Positions 11,701 through 24,762 of a stretch of DNA of 64,000 nucleotides are shown here, in pieces. The stretch's first letter is position 1, and every line of letters begins with the position of its first letter. Position numbers and translations under genes: made by a program. This DNA comes from Basidiobolus meristosporus CBS 931.73. Its lineage: Eukaryota > Fungi > Basidiobolomycota. The notes beneath the pieces were generated by a model, which did no database searches, had not been told where the DNA came from, and was given only the letters and a program-made list of their open reading frames with translations. The stretch covers positions 1 to 64,000 of the forward strand of contig MCFE01000352.1 of the NCBI GenBank assembly GCA_002104905.1. Direction: 5' to 3'.

Positions 11701-14493
11701 GAGGAGATCTTACTATTTGAAGAAACCCTGAAAAGGCATGATAAGGCTCTCTCTTATAACGACAAGGAGATGGGACTCTTAAAGACATCGGTTGAAAAAC
11801 CTATCAAAATTCATACAGTGCCCCACACACCCTGGTCATTTAAACCTTACCCACTGCCTAGAGGACTCCAAGCTGATGTGCATGACCTACTTAAGAAGAA
11901 GATTGAAGCTGGTATCCTAGAACCTTGCCATGGACCTTATGCTAACAGATGGTTTGTGACCAAAAAGAAGAATGGGAAGCTCCGATTCATTCAGGACATG
12001 CAACCTGCAAATGCTGTCACTATCAGAGACGCCGCAATACCTCCGTCTATTGATGACTTTGCAGAAAGCTTTAGTGGTCACTCCATCTACTCAACATATG
12101 ATCTCTACTCAGGATACGACCAGATTCCCCTAGATGAGACATCAAGAGATATGTTTGCACTCCAGACACCATTTGGACTGTTAAGAATGACAAGACTTAG
12201 CCAAGGGGCAACAAACTCCGTGGCTCAGTTCCAGAGGTGCATGGTAAATGTGCTCTACCTGTTTATACCTGAGAAACTTGCTGTCTTTGTTGATGACATA
12301 GGCATCAAAGGACCAAAACTCCGGGACACAACTGAAGTTATGCCTGGAGTAAGAGAGTTTGTCTATGACCATATTTCAGACAATGATGCCATATTAGGAG
12401 CCATTGAAGAAGCTGGACTCACCATCAGTGGTGAGAAAAGCAGCTTTGGTGTATCAGAGATATCCATTGTTGGACAAAAATGCAACACCTTTGGTCGTTC
12501 ACCCGGAGTCTCCAAGACACAAAAGATATGCAACTGGCCTACCCCCACAAATCTAACACAAGCTCGTGGCTTTGTGGCAGCTTGTGGGTTCTTTAGGATC
12601 TGGATCCCAAGATTTTCTGAGATAGCAGAACCAATCTACCGACTACAGAGAAAGAATGCCCCATTTAACTGGGGAGAAGAGCAAGAAGAAGCCATGCAAT
12701 TACTAAAAGAGGCCTTAGTATCTCCACCAGTTCTGAGACCTCTTGACTATCAGAACACTGAATGCCCACCTATCTTGACGGTGGATGCAAGCCCTGTAGG
12801 AGCTGGAGCACTACTTGGCCAAGATGATGAAGATGGTAACCGCTATGCCTGCAGATATGAGAGCTGCCTCTTCTCTCCTAGAGAACAAAGATACTCACAG
12901 ATTAAGAGAGAGCTACTAGGAGTTGTGAAGATGCTGAGAAAGCTGAAGTCACAACTCTACATGACACATTTCATCCTGGAGACAGATGCTAAGCCACTTA
13001 TAGGAATGATTAACAAGCCTGATCTACCTGATGATACCACAAATTGGTGGATGGCATGGCTGAAAATGTTTGACTTTGAGGTCAGACATATCCCTGGCAA
13101 GACAAATGTTGTGGCTGATGCACTCTCCAGGAAGGGACCACAGTTGTCTGAAGATATGGACCCTGACTTTGATGACATAATTGATGCAGAAATCCGACAA
13201 CTACACGTGAAGAAGCCCAGCAACTCTACGTGGAACACCATTCAAGACTATCTGAGAACCTTAGAGAAGCCACCAGGAATGAGCCCACATGATTTCAGAA
13301 AGCTCAGGAAGAAGGCCCATCATTTCTACATAAAAGATGGCCTCCTCTTCAAACAAGTAAAGCCTGGACAGACACCAAGAAGAGTTATAGTTGAGCCCCA
13401 GGAACAACTGACTATTATGTCAAGCCTTCATGAAGGAAGACCCGGTGGTCATAGAGGCAGAGATGCCACTTACAATGTTGTTTCCAGTAGATACTACTGG
13501 GAGCATATGTATCATGATGTCCAACACTTTGTTGAATCTTGTGACATTTGCCAAAGAAGGTCAACCAAGAGATATGAGGAGCTGCTCCATCCCACCTACA
13601 CACCTTGTCTATGGCAGAAGGTTGGCATTGACCTGGTCCACATGCCAACTGCTGGAACCAAGAAGTACCTTGTTGTTGCCAGAGATGATCTGAGTGGGTG
13701 GGTAGAAGCTCGAGCCCTACCCAATAACAAAAGCCACACCATATGGAGATTTATTCTTGAAGATATAATATGCAGATTTGGCTGCATCAGCCAGTTTGTT
13801 GCTGACCGAGGAGAAATGACCTCAAATTTGATCCAGGAACTCTGCTCACAATACAAGATTCATATTGCTTTCACTACCGCTTATCACCCACAGGCCAATG
13901 GAATGGTTGAAAGAGGCCATGGCCCGTTAGTTAACTCCCTGGTCAAGAGCTGCAACAACATGACACTACAGTGGCCTACACAACTTCATCTAGCACTCTG
14001 GGCAGATAGAATCACTACAAAGCGCAGCACAGGTCTATCTCCATTCAAATTGCTTTATGGACATGATTGCGTTCTTCCCATAGAGCTTGACTCAATATCC
14101 TGGAACATGCTAGAGTGGAGAACTACAATGAGTACAGATGAACTACTGACTACACACATCAAACAGCTTGATCACCATGAACTTGATATTACCCAAGCAG
14201 CTGCTAAACTCAAAGAGACAAGACTTCAGAACAAGGAACCATTTGACAAGTCACATAGCCTTAGACCAAAGCCATTACTGCAAGGAGATCCAGTACTGCT
14301 CTATGATTCCACTTTAGACAAGCAGTGGAGTCGCAAATTTGACAATAAGTGGTCTGGCCCATATATTGTCTCTATGGTGATTGGAAATGGAAGCTACTAC
14401 CTGTCTGAACTTGATGGAACACCGCTAAGAGCACCTGTGGCAGGAAACCGACTTAAGCTATTCAAGCACCGGAATTTTGCACATTACATTTAG
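11701..14493 (+). pseudogene. Element A pol (RT, RNase H, integrase), reading frame still open but separated from gag-PR by element B
   Basis: RT YDLYSGYDQ..FVDDIGIKG; RH TVDASPVG..RELLGV..ETDAKPL; IN H..GGHRG..CDIC, GIDLV, VADRGE, GMVERGH. No chromodomain after the integrase. PPT GAGAGGGGGGTGGA at 14519-14532. Confidence 0.95.
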
Positions 14494-14532
14494 TTTGCTT
14501 TGACCTGAGTTCAAAGCTGAGAGGGGGGTGGA

Positions 14533-15615
14533 TGTAGTGGGGTCACAGTGACACCCACAGGCAGATGTGCTCATTCTTATGCGTTCACTTCCCTAAAAAG
14601 GATTACCCCGCCTATATTATTATCATCCCAAATTTGCAATATTTCCTATTTTTGTCTATGTGATTATTACTATGCAACCTGACAAACTATTTGTCACTAT
14701 TAACCCATTGCACAAGCTATTCTTATTCCTTGCCAAGATGCCAAGATAAGATAGTTACCTTATAAGGCAAGTACCCCAACAGTGCCCATGTCACGTGACC
14801 ATCTTGGTTTCATAACCCCCCATCTCACTACCATAAGAGGCAACCACATGACACAGAGGTTTCATATTACCACTACCTGAATGGCTAGGTGCCACTATGT
14901 CTCATGGAACAATCCGCCAAGAATTTGCGCTATTTTTAGTACACAAAGACATGATTGGTTGTCTACTACCTTTTGGAAACTTCCGGAAAGTATTTTCTAG
15001 CAAGAATTTGAGCAGCAAAAAAAAAAGTATATAAGGGAGGCTATCCCTTAAAATAAATCATCCCTCTTCCAATATTCCGACTTATTGATTAGTGAGATCA
15101 CCGCTACCTATTACTACTATTTTCTGACTCAGACCTGACAACACTCTCAGGAAACCGCGCTGACAGCCAACTGACCTTAGAGGCACTACTTGTGAGGAAT
15201 ACTCAGAGTAGGTATATTTTATTATATTTGTTTGTTTTCCCAAGTTTGTTCTTGTACAGGCAAAGATACTTTTCAGTCTTTGTAACTATTGGTCAAAGCT
15301 GCATTCTTATCAAGTCCCTGTTGGTGGAGTTTACAGTTGTTTTGACTTTGGAAGCTTTAGTACATTGTCATCTCAAAGGACATCAAAGCCATTATAAACT
15401 TTTGTTAAGACGCCAACTAAGTTGGGGATTGTAGTTCAATAGTTTTCCCTTGACAAGCTTGAGGCTTTATCCCCCATCACATTAGATTAGACAAAAGACC
15501 CAGTATTCCTAGCAAGCTTTTGCCAGAGGTTATCGCACCCAGTGAACACCCCACACACATTCACACTTGAGAAGTGTTGGCCGTATTTTGCCCTTTGGAC
15601 TTATACACCACCACA
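14533..15615 (+). repeat. Element A 3' LTR (1083 bp)
   Basis: Direct repeat of 4802-5879. Confidence 0.95.
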
Positions 15616-18600
15616 ACGGCCAATATCTTGCCTTACAAGTCATAATTGACTATCCATCAGTTACTACTGTACTAACATTATCTTGCTGGCCAGTTGATAC
15701 TTTTATATTGGCACCAGGCTGTTGTTGTCACCTTGCGCAAACTGAGTCAGGTAAGTTTGTGACATCTTTAGGCTTACCTCAGCCTTATGGATATGGCATG
15801 CAGAGTGCTAGCTCTGACAAAGAAGGCTCACTGATAGATTGTGAGCCTATCCCCCCTAACAACAGTACCGCACATTAGCCCGGTCAAATTACAATATGCA
15901 ATACTATAATACCCATTGAAGCAGTTGCCAAGAATTCTTTATGGAGCCAAGTGAGCCCAGTAATTTGTCTACTGGTGAATGATGTAATGTTGTGCCTAGA
16001 GAAGCAACAGGTTTCTGCTAATATCAGTAATGGGGGCTTGGAGGATTTATTACTACTACTTGCCAAAATTATTCTGGGACGCAACTTAACATGTACATGG
16101 TACATGTGGACAACTGTCATGTGGCTGGCAACTCATGGCCTGGGGACTGTCCTTATTGCAGCATGTTTTTACAGTTGCATGGCTTTCACATCCAAAAATG
16201 CCACCTTTGCAACATGTCCAAATTGTCAGGAATCCACTACCACTGAGGGAAAACATTGTTCACACTGCAGATATATTTTGGTAATAACCTGTCTAAAGAA
16301 GCTCATGCAGCTCAACAGATATAGCAAAGCTATACAGTACCACACCCGGTTTCAATCAAGTGCAAACATATCCACTATATTTGATGGCAAACACTACAAA
16401 CCACTACCAAGCAAGGGCTACTTTGAAGGTATGTATGATCATGCCTTTGCCTTAGCACTTGATGGATTCTAATTAAACAAGTACTCTACCAGCAAATTCT
16501 GCTGGCCACTAATTCTCACTAACCTAAATCTGCCGCCTGTCTTACAGGATCAAAGCAAAAGTTTAGTGGTAGTCTCACTGGTATCTGGGCCTATATCACC
16601 ATCAAACCTGGATAGCTACCTGTATCCATTACTGAATTAATTGGTATGCCTTGCAGCAGGGCAATAGTAAATGACGTCATGCCATAGAGCGCATTATTAC
16701 TTGCATTGGAGATACCCCAGCCATCAGCTACATAGCTGGCTTTTTGAGCACAATGGATGGTATTGCTGTCAAATGTGTGAGATCCAGGGGATTTACTCCA
16801 TTACTCACATATATTAATGTTACCCAAACACCAACACTAAGAACATCATCTTCCCACACAGAGAATGTACAGAATTCAGCATGCAATTGCAACAAAGTTG
16901 CCAAGCTATAAGCCATTGGCCACAATATGGAATCAATTAGAAATCATAGACACTGAAGATAGATGGTATCTGTTAGAGCACAAGATTTCCACTGGGAGCA
17001 ATGTATTTGCTTTTCAACAATATCCCTATATAGATGACCAAGCTGTACATGGGGCATTTCAAGCTAAATGAGCCCTTTGAGATACCAGAGACATTTGAAA
17101 GAATTGGCAAGATATTACAGAGAATGCACTACCCTAAGTACTTCCCATGGGTTCCAAGCAATTTTCATATGCATATGCAACAATACAACTGCAAAGACTG
17201 GATGAACTGGATATGTATATGTTCACATGGCATTTTGAAGCCACTCCTATTAAGAGTGTATTGGAAGCATTGGGAGTCATATGTGACATTGTAGGAATAT
17301 TTATCCAGAAGCAGATCACCACTGCCAACTTGACATAAGTACAGCTGTTGTGCAAAGAGTTTATAACAGGATTTTAGAGGCTATACTACAAACATAGAGC
17401 TGAGCACATAGATCTCTGCCACTGCTATATCCATTCTGTACTCCATCTTGTTTGGTGTGTGGAGAAAATTAGCCATTGCTTCACCCTTTGAGAGTTTACC
17501 ATTGAACCAATGTTTGGGGAGGTAGGAAGTCAAGTCAGGTTGCTTGTAATACCATATCCCAACATCATCAAGAATATTATCTTAAGTCTGTGATGGAAGT
17601 GATGAGTTGGCCCATGAATGGCAGCCTGGAAGAGTTGGAAAATGCTGAGGACAGATGCACACATGAAGACACCTATGCCTAGGGCATTAAGAAGCTGAGC
17701 TGCCCCAATGCTTGGGTAATCAGTTAAATAATGCAAATTTGGGTTGGGTGCAACAAGCAACTAATTCTTATTTGGAAAACTCTACCAAGGTATGCCAGAT
17801 TTCTCATGGTCACAAGCCAACTGCTACACTATTCAATTTGGAATTCAACAAACAAGAGCCAGAGCATGCCTATAAGGGGGACTAAAATCCAGCAGGGAGA
17901 AGGAATCTATTAGCTAAATCCCAAAAAGCTCATTGCAGATATTCAGAAGATATTCATGGTAGATGTGGCGGTAACTAAGCATATCTTACAAGATGTATAT
18001 GTTACCAGCAATACAGGATATATGGCAACTTTGCAAGTATCACACTAAAAAGCCATAAAGTGAGTTGATAAAAGTATGTCAATTGTAGCAGGTGTGCATG
18101 TTTGTAGAGGTTAGTAAGCAGGAGGCAATAGTTTTTTTTTGATTTAAACTATATGTGAAATACTCAAGGTAGTAGTGGGTAAGCAAATAAAGAGGGGCAA
18201 TTCTACAGTGGAATATATGAATTGCACAAGGGGAGGCAGCAAAAACAAATACCATTTGGTAAATTAGTACAGTAGTATTATACAGAAGTAGTTGTGGGTC
18301 AATATACAGCTGTGATAATGCCATTGGAGACTTGCTGTGAGGCTGTCAAAATACTGTCAAGTTTTTTGCCATGTAAGGCAATTGGATATACTGGCTGGTT
18401 TGATCCATTTAAAGTAGTTGTAGAGCATGTCAGGACTGCAACAATGCCATGCAACTATTGTCACAACACCAATCAAACCCTGTCAAGTTTTATAACTTTA
18501 TTTGTCAGTAGAATTAGCAAAACACCGTTGTGATCCCATCACAAAATTGTCAAGAGGGTCACTGATTACAAGCTGCTGATATTAGGATGGTTTCTAAACA

Positions 18601-18659
18601 GGATTCTGACAGCTCTTCTGGATTGGATCCACCAGTGGGACCAAAATATTTTGCATAGG
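15616..18659 (+). mobile_element. CMC/CACTA-like element copy 1: degenerate transposase and right end; left arm missing
   Basis: Collinear with 24880-27500. Contains FDGKHYK..AFALALDGF. Ends TTTTGCATAGG, a degenerate right TIR. Confidence 0.85.
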
Positions 18660-19656
18660 TGGAAGAATACACACCAAAAGCAACTGTGTTCAGATTGTGC
18701 CATCACCATTCAATATGGAATTTTCACAAATACAAGCCAGAGTGAACTTACAATGGGGACTAAGTTCTTTGCAGATATTCAGGAGACATTTATGGGAAAA
18801 GTGGGGCTACCAAGGATAAGTTTGCAAGATGTATGTCACCAGCAATACAAGGTATAAAGCAACTTTGCAAGTATCACATTAAAAGGACATACAACTGAGG
18901 TGATAGAAGTGTGGTAATTGCAGCAGGTGTGCATGAATGTAGAGGTTAGTAGGCAGGAGGCCATAGTTTATTTTGATAGGAACTATACTTGGACTACCCA
19001 TGGTAGTCATGGGTTAGCAATTAAAGAGAGAAATGATTCTTCAGTGATGCTTAATATAGAGGGTACCTCTGAAGCAAAAGCTTTCCACTGTAGGCAATGC
19101 ATTTGCTCTTCAATAATATCCCTATACTAAAAACCAAGTTGTAAATGGGGCATTTGAAGCTTAGCAAGTCCTTTGCAGCACCAGAGAAACTTGAAAAAAT
19201 TGGCCAGATACCTTGGAGTATGTGCTACCCAAAGAATATTTCAGCAGCCCCAATCAACATTCATATAAATATGTGCAGATACAAGTGGTGGTGCACTCCT
19301 GAGAAGTTGTACACCTTGTAGTGGCGGCACTTTTCAACTTGAATACAGATTTTATGAAAACCAGATAAACTTAATATGGAGGGAATATGTTTGTGTAAAA
19401 GCTTATTGCTGGGAGAGATGCAAATACTCTGGAACAATACACAGTACAGATGGTCATGTTCTACATGGGGCATTGCAAGCTAAATGAGTTCCTGGAAATA
19501 CAGGGTAAATGTGAAAGATTTGGCCTCATACAACAGAGTATCTGATACCTAAAATACTTCTTGCAAGCTCTAATGAATAACCATACTTATATGCATGAAA
19601 GAAAGTGCAAAGATTTCACAAATGGGATATATATTTATTCAAGTGGCCTTCCCAAA
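18660..19656 (+). pseudogene. Mosaic of older CMC transposase fragments; the last one continues at 32692
   Basis: Segments resemble 27080-27480, 26230-26460 and 26290-26500. Ends at YSSGLPK. Confidence 0.7.
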
Positions 19657-20929
19657 CCCTATGAAAAGCAGCTTAATCCTGCAGGGGGATCCAATCTGAA
19701 TTAACTATCAAGATTCTGTCAGGAGGCCAGTATAATACCAGCAGCTTGGAATTATTGACCATCTACATGACCTTATAATGGGATCACAATGGCATTTTGC
19801 TAATTTTACAGCCAAACAAAGTTGAAAAATATAACAATGTTTGTACTGTGTTTTGCCAAGGGTGGAATGGCATTGTTGGGGTCTCAGTGTGTGTTACAAC
19901 TTTTTGAGTGGATCTAACTGGCCAGTACATCCAATTGTTTTATATAGCAAGAAACTTGACAGTGTTTTGATGGCCTCTTTGCAAGCCTCTGATGGCATTA
20001 TCATGGCAGCATGTTGGCCTATAGCTACCTCTGTATAATGCTACCATACCAATTTACCAATTGGTATTTCCTTTTTCTACTTCCCCTTGCGCAATTCATA
20101 TATTCCACTGTAGAATTACCCTTCTTTGTTTGCATACCAACTCCTACCTTGGGTATTTCACATATAGTTTGAATCAAAAAATACTACGGTCTCCTGCATA
20201 CTAACCTCTACTAAGGTGCACACCTGCTGCAATGACATACCTCTGTGACTTCAGCTATATGGCTTTTCAGTGTGATGCTTTCAAAGTTGATATATACCTT
20301 GCATTGCTGGTAACATATGCATCTTGCAAAATATGCTTGGTTACTGCCACTTCTGCCCTTAATACCTCCAGAAAATCCGCAAAGAACTTTTTGGTATTTA
20401 GCCAACAGATTCCTTCTAACTGCTGGATTCTAGTCCCTCTGATAGGTGCATACCAGCTCTTGTTTGTGTGAATTCTGAATTGAATGGTGCAGATACTGGC
20501 TTGTGACCATGAGAAATCCAGCATACTCTGGTAGAGTTTTCCTAATAAAAGTTAGTACAACTCCCAAAAGGTGAAGTAAGGTCCAATATTCACAACATGC
20601 CAAGCAAGATGGAGTAGCAAATGGACAGAGTAGTGGCCAAGATCTGCTTGTTCAGCTTTATGCTTGTAGTATAGTTGCTAAAATTCCGCCACAAACTCTT
20701 TGCACAAAAGCTGTAGATGCATCCAGTTGGCTTAATGATCCACTTTGGGATAAATATTTCTACAGTGTTTACATACAACTCCTATTGCTTCCATTGTACT
20801 CTTGGTCAAAATGGATTCAGAAGACCACTTGAATAATTACATATCCAGTTCATCCAATCCTTGCACTGGTATTGTCACCTATGCATATGAGTGTTACTTG
20901 GAGCCTGTGGGAAGTACTTAGGTTAGCAG

Positions 20930-21733
20930 TGTGGTGGTATAGAGGTACTCCTGGGAGAAGCTACACAACTCAAGGTGTGTGAGGTGTCTGATGGGTGCAA
21001 TAACCTTTGGGTCTAAACTGCTGGTGTCTTTGTCAATATGTCATTATGGTAAAAGCCCCTGCTTCTCTAGCTCCCTAGGTGCTCCAAGTGTTGCCAAAGG
21101 CCTATGTGTTTCTTGTGCACTACCCTGAAAAGCTCCTTGATGGCAGGTCTGAGATGTACTGTTGAAGGCAGGTGCAGTGATCAACTGCTAATCAATAAGG
21201 GAGAAGTGTTACTGATAGAAGGGATGATTCATTGACTAGGGATTGACTTCCCTGAAATACTTTTCCTGATTGCCAAGTGATTACTAATGACAAGGTTCTA
21301 GAGAATTCCAGCCACCAGTGGAGTTCTTGATGACATCATTATGAGCTAAAAATATGCCAAGAGTGTCCTGGAATGTTCTACAAGGCACAGCACATCCAAC
21401 CAATCAGGGATCAGTAGTCTGAAACATGTGCAACATAGAGATACCATATATGGTGTTTAAGTGGTAGGGATGGTAACACAGCCTTAGGTCATGTGCCACA
21501 GGTACTTACATGGGTACTTGCCCAATTTAGATACATATAAAGAGCACAAAGCTGAATAACTTCTGGGATAACTAATGCTAATAACTAATCTGGGTAAACA
21601 TCATATGTGGATAATACTAATAATATGGGCAAAAGAAGATTGGGATAATACTGATAAGATGAAATATGGATAAGTACAGCATCATAGCTATATGAATAAA
21701 CCTCTCTGTTGGAGGTATGCTTACCCTTCAACA
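20930..21733 (-). repeat. Solo LTR of the element-B family (804 bp), older copy
   Basis: Same length and ends as the B LTRs but visibly more diverged. Interrupts the outer element's transposase. Flanks are GCAG / GTGA. Confidence 0.92.
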
Positions 21734-22199
21734 GTGAATACTATGTAATATCTTGCCAATTCTTTTAAATTTCTCTGATATCTCAAAGGGCTCATCTAGC
21801 TTGAAATATCCCATGTACAACTTAGTCATCAGTATGGGGATATTGTCAAAAAGCAAATGAATTACTCCCAGTGGAAAGCTTTTGCTCCAACAAATACTGT
21901 CTATTGTAAGTATCTCTGGTTTCCAGTTAATTGCATATTCTGGCCAATGGCTTATAGCTTGCTAGCCTTGCTGCAATGCATGCTGATTTCTGTATGTTCT
22001 CTCTGTGGGAAGATGATGCTTTTAGTGTGGGTACTTGGGTAATAATAGTGTGTGTGAATTATGGAGTAAGTCCCTTGGATCTCACATATCCATCACTACT
22101 ATTGTCTTTTGTGCCCAGAAAAGCAAAAAGCTTTACAATATTTGTTGGCTACCCCTATGAAAAATTATTAAGATGATCCCATCAAAAGTTAATGACCCA

Positions 22200-24538
22200 T
22201 GACTGAGAGGTACTGATCTTGTCAGGACACCGTCCAGAGACTGTTGAAAAATAATTGCACCCCAGATTTCACAAAAAACTTTGTCAAATTTTTCATCACA
22301 ACAATGTATAAGTGGCTTTTGATTGGATCCCTGCCAATTTGCTCACTTTCTGATCCCAGACACTCAATCACCTCCTACGTTTGTGTGAATAGATTGGCTA
22401 TTGCCTCTTTTTCACACTCCTTACTTCCTGACTCAACCATTTCTCTTACTTTTTGTGCGTACAAATTGATTTATTTCCGTAGAAACTTCAGTAGTACCTC
22501 AATTGCCAATTGTATTGACCTATACAAGTCTCTATACCCTACACTAACATTAAGACCAACACCATACTCAACAAGCAACTCCATTAAAATCCACCACTCA
22601 ATAAGTATTTCTGCTGTAACACTCTGGTTCCACAACTTTGGCAGGAACACAACGGCTTTATGCCACTGTTCATTCACTAGTTCCCACACATCCTGGTCTT
22701 CAGCTGCACTGCAAGGTTGAGCTCCTCATTTGCCAGTCTTTGCAATAAATCCTTGCAAAATTCCAGTGAGCTTTGTTGAGCACTGCTCTTGAAGAAGTGC
22801 TGCAACCTCTTGGTGTGCCTATTAATGTTCCAAAACTCCACTGAAGGCATTGTGATAGTCTTTTGAGCTCTTGATGTTGTAGCCTTGTCTGTCAGTGGGA
22901 TCTACACTCTGTCAACAATGGAGGCTGTGGAGGCTGTGGTAGACAAATTGCCTTTTTCAACAAACTCATCTACCTTGCTGGAGTGTAGCTCAACTGGCTG
23001 CACTTCCAACTCTTGTGAAAACAGCTGTTTTCTTGTTGGTAATTCTTCTTGGCTATCATGGGATTCAGTCTGTTCCTGGCTTGCGGCGTTAATTGGCAAG
23101 AACTGCAGTTTTTCTGCATGCCTCCCTGTCTCAGGCTTGGGTTGACATTTTTCCCTTCACCTTTTCCTTTATCACTGCCAGGTCTTTCACTGCTACCTTG
23201 TCTGAGTGCTTCTTGTAAAGAACTATGTTTCCTCCCGGATAAATTCTGCTCTGACGCATCTGTTTTGGCCTGCTTGTCCCTTGCTGGCACTCTTCTGGCA
23301 ACCTGACGCTACTTTTCAGCTTGTTTTGAGCTCTCAACTGTAGTTGTGACAGGCTCCTGTAAAAGCGGCTGGTTTTTATCACTGCCAGGTGCTTCACTAC
23401 TACTTTGGCTGGGTGCTTCTTGAGTGGTACTACACTTTTTCCTTGATAAATGTTGTGCTGGTGCATCAATGTCTGCCTGCTTGTCCTTAATTGGCACTCT
23501 TCCAGCTGCCTGACGTCTCTTTGACGCTTGTCTGGAGCTTTTAGCCCTGCTTGTAATAGGCTCTTGAAGAAGCCACTGGTTTTTAGCCATGGCACCCTTG
23601 TTCTTCTGCCTTTGATAGTTTCTGCTATTCTTAAGATACTTTCTTAGCATAACAATGCTGGCCCAAAATCCACTTGCCTGTTTAAATCCAGGATAATGCT
23701 CATGGAACAAGTCAAGTGCATTCTGCTTGGCCTTGAGTTCCTGATGGTCCCATGGTATGCCAGCCTTAAGGTGATGGCATGCTAGACTTCTGATGGCCTC
23801 TTGTATATTAGCCCACTCTTCATTATTGCACTCAATGGCTTCACGGATCTTCAAGGTCTTTTGATTTTTAGGCTTTGGTATAAACAACACATTGTCTCCC
23901 TCCCATGCTATGATAGGTTTTGCTGTGGGCTTTATCTTTGGGCACTGTTGTTGTGCTTCAAAGACTGTACAGTGTTCCTCTGCTGTCACATTGGGATATG
24001 GCTCAATTCTTGGCTCTGACATTGAGCTACTTGAGTTCCTTCTTTGCAGCAAAGATACTGCTTTCTCTACCTGGGATATTGATAGCTCTACACGTATTAT
24101 CCGCTCATCCTGTTTCTGGACTACTTCCTGATTTCTCAGGGCTATTGCATCTATCCTATGAGCCACTGCACCTAATTGCTTCATTGATGCTTTGGTATGA
24201 GCTGACAACAAACTTGATAATATGGGTGGCGGTGATGTTATCATGGCCACTTGCTGATCTTCAACAGAGGGTATTGGGTTTGCTACATTCTCATCTGCCT
24301 GAGCATAATGGTCAGCTTGTGGCTCCGCAGAGGTTCTCAAGTGCCTACTTGACTGAGAGCCTGAGGAGTCTGCATTATTACCTTCAATGGGCACACTGTC
24401 CACAGGGCCTTTTTTGGATGTAGCCTTGTTTGTTGCACTGAATGTCAAAGCAAGCTGTTGTCCAACCATTCTTCTGTTGCTGTGAGTGGTGGGGTTTGGT
24501 TGAGAACCAGACAATTTTGCTTTATTTTCTGGCGGCAT
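22200..24538 (-). pseudogene. Second (accessory) gene of the CMC element, function unknown; first ~410 codons open
   Basis: ATG at 24538 (MPPENKAKL). Conserved block WANIQEAIRSL..IPWDHQ..FWASIVMLRKYLKNSRNYQRQK is also present in the copy at 30295-32640. Has a 207-bp tandem duplication and stops/frameshift downstream. The 3' end is approximate. Confidence 0.75.
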
Positions 24539-24762
24539 ATATATATGCAAGTGAGTCAAACCAAAGGGGAAATAGTGTTACATATATGTGTGTATGTGGT
24601 GCCACAACTTTATTTATAATGCTTACTATGGCAGGTCATCATTGAATCTTACATTCATGTAAGTGCAATGTCTCAAATACATGACTGTCTTAAGTTCAAA
24701 TGAGTATTGACCAAAAAGTGACATAATAGCATTACGTTGTTGAAGGTCAAACTGTTTGCCCC

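Larger units (their letters stand above)
4802..15615 (+). mobile_element. Ty3/Gypsy LTR retrotransposon 'element A' (autonomous type), interrupted by element B
   Basis: Two ~1.08-kb direct LTRs with TG...CA ends, a PBS after the 5' LTR, a PPT before the 3' LTR, and gag-PR-RT-RH-IN order. Confidence 0.96.
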
